Assembly (NCBI GenBank): GCA_009103225.1
Contig: RHPI01002161.1
Location: forward strand, 107,401 to 171,400
DNA: 64,000 nucleotides
DNA from: Chlorokybus atmophyticus
Lineage: Eukaryota; Plantae; Mesostigma and Chlorokybus algae
Reading direction: 5' to 3'
Part shown: in pieces, positions 61,601 through 64,000 of the stretch
Layout of the letters: every line of letters starts with the position of its first letter
Numbering within the stretch: the first letter of the stretch is position 1
Translations under genes and position numbers: made by a program
The notes under the pieces: model-generated
Databases searched by the model: none
The model's input: only the letters and a program-made list of their open reading frames with translations
Told to the model about the DNA's origin: nothing

Positions 61601-62684
61601 CAAGCAGCTCCACGTGGCTGAGACCGAGAAGTACGCGCACGTGACATTTTTCTTTAACGGCGGTCGAGAGTTGCAATTTGAAGGAGAAGGTTGGTTGTAT
61701 ATGTGTATCACCTCGCATATACGCAACTCCACAAGCACCCACTGTGTCTATTAACTGCATTTGTGCTGTGTGCTTCCAGAAAGAGTCATGGTTCCTTCTC
61801 CCAAAGTCCCCACTTATGATAAAGAGCCCAAGATGAGCGCCGCAGCAGTTGGAGATGAAGTTATCAAGGTGTTAATGTGGGCTGTGACAACAGCATGCAC
61901 ATAAGTTCATATCCAAACAACTCTTGCTCACTCGGAGTGATTGCACAGGGTATTCAGAGTGGCAAGTATGAGTTCATCATCAACAACTTTGCGCCACCCG
62001 ATATGGTGAGCACCCCGGTTAAGAAGTGTGTATGGGTTGCAGTAAAGTCAGTCAACCAGTGGGTAACTGTTGATTGTTACTTCAGGTTGGTCACACGGGC
62101 GTGTATGAAGCAACGTTGGAAGCTGTGGCGGAAACAGATCGCGTGATCGGGCGCATATGGGATGCGTGCAGAGAGCACGGGTACTCTTTGCAGGGCTGTT
62201 CTGAATGGCACAAATCATCACTTAGCAAGGGCATTCAGCATTGTCGTTGTCTTATGACAGTGGATTGCCTGTCACAGGTACTCTTTGTTTGTTACTTCCG
62301 ACCACGGCAATGCCGAAAAGATGAAGACGCCCGAGGGAGACCCCATCACCTCCCACAGCACAAACCCTGTGCCATTCGTCATGGCTGTGCCTGGCGAGCA
62401 GGTACGTACCAGTCATCGAGTTATACGAGTCATAGAGTTATGCATGCATTGCAACAATTTTTATGATGACAACAACAGTTGCGCACAATCCTGTTTTTGC
62501 AATGTGTGTGTGCCACGCTTGTGTTGGCATTTGATTGCTTCCAGTATTATGATACACTCACATGATCTCTATGCAGGTGGCATTCAGCAAGAAGGATGGC
62601 ACTCTGGCTGATGTGGCGCCCACCATCCTCACGCACATGGGGCTGGACGTGCCATCGGACATGACGGGTCACAGTCTGCTGTAG
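58661..62684 (+). CDS. gpmI: 2,3-bisphosphoglycerate-independent phosphoglycerate mutase
   Basis: [78 protein letters not shown] and LADVAPT. Confidence 0.96.
60344..60482. ncRNA. Candidate long hairpin RNA (pre-miRNA-like) in an iPGM intron
   Basis: Nested stems of 28, 11, 7 and 9 bp closing a 7-nt loop. Structure is seen in the sequence; there is no expression evidence. Confidence 0.45.
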
Positions 62685-63649
62685 GCTGGAGCCTTTAGCT
62701 GAATGTGCATAGCTATGCTGTTGTGTATAACCGGATGTAAGCTGTTGTTGCCAACCTTGCGCTACCTGTGTGTTCTGATTGTGGTTTTGGGTTGGGTGGG
62801 CCCTCATTGGGCGTTGATATAGTTTGTCTATTACTACACCGGAGTCAGTTGAGGTAACAGTATGACTGGCGTGCAAAAGTTCTTGTTGACGTGATGATTA
62901 CTATGTGCTGATGTGCCTGTATGGCGTATGTGTCCTGCTTGTTGTGTGACACTTACACGCACATGTCGCAGGGCTGTGTGATGCACATAGCACATCAACA
63001 CTGTGGGCAGTATGCTGGTGTTGCACCACTGCACTGCTATCCTTTGCAAGCAAGGGCCCCACCAATGGCATAGCTATCAGCTTATGGAGTCTTATACATT
63101 TGTTGTTACATTCTTATGTAGCGGTGCTTACTCCTTCTTACGCCTCTTAGCGCAGTGCACGCCTGATTAAAACGCCAGAAGGACAGTACTAACTATACAG
63201 CAAGGTGGCCTGTACAGTCCAACCTCCTGGAAGTCACACTCGTTCCAAGCACAACCTCAATCTAAGCACATTATTTGCGGGAACCAACGTCCACGTGGCA
63301 AATCACTCCCCTATCTAAGCACTATCACACTCAATGTAAGCACCCTCTGTAACTGCCTTTTGTGACTACAAAGAGGGTGAGAAAGTTAAACTGCATTGTT
63401 CATACGCATATTGTTGTATACACACATTTGTATACTTATATGTACAACATATAAGCGATGTGCACAAACATGCATGTACAAACATAAGTCTTGCTTCATG
63501 CATGTGTTGTACATACTGCTGAGTAGATAGGGTGCACTGCTTTACCGCACCTTATCCATACAATACAATTGTATATTTGTGAATATTTAAAATCCATGAA
63601 CATTGTATTCGTATCAATAAATAGACACATATATACAGCTATATACGTA

Positions 63650-63921
63650 TGTGTATGCATATACATATGTATACGTGTGTTGCATATATATGGGTAGATA
63701 GATAGATAGATAGGCAGATACATACATAGATAGACATATGTATAAGTGTACATTTATATATCTATACGTACATGTGTATATATACTAATATTGAAATATA
63801 TAAATATATTAATATTAATGCATATATACACCAATATCAATATTTATATACATACATATATATATATATACCTATATATATATTAATACTGCTATATATA
63901 CTTATATTTATGCACACACGT

Positions 63922-64000
<79 letters not shown>
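63650..64000. repeat. AT-rich low-complexity tract followed by (TG)n microsatellite
   Basis: Directly visible. Confidence 0.95.

Overview
Eukaryotic, intron-rich nuclear DNA of a green-lineage alga (standard code; poly-C-flanked N gaps; TG/GA microsatellites). No CRISPR array, rRNA or tRNA gene was recognised. Host genes in order: a 3'-truncated repeat-rich disordered protein (-), HDR/IspH (-), a RING + coiled-coil protein (+), a PP2C/cNMP-binding/kinase fusion (+), organellar alpha-beta glycyl-tRNA synthetase (-), GDP-mannose pyrophosphorylase alpha-type (+), a DUF151 bifunctional nuclease with UVR motif (-), a CDCA7-like zf-4CXXC_R1 protein (-), a cyanobacterial-type GT2 (+), a clade-D beta-carbonic anhydrase (-) and cofactor-independent phosphoglycerate mutase (+). 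14.7-28.1 kb is a three-level transposon nest. A decayed Penelope-like element with N-terminal GIY-YIG is split by a foldback-like TIR element, which is itself split by a young, intact Ty3/Gypsy chromovirus. Best leads: (i) that chromovirus has gag and pol in one frame separated by a single TAG, with an extra domain resembling a degenerate N6-adenine methyltransferase ahead of the protease; (ii) a 139-nt hairpin in a compositionally foreign segment of an iPGM intron; (iii) an intron-containing Rv1284-like beta-CA head-to-head with a non-plant-type iPGM. All family assignments come from motif recognition by eye, not database searches, and exon boundaries are approximate.
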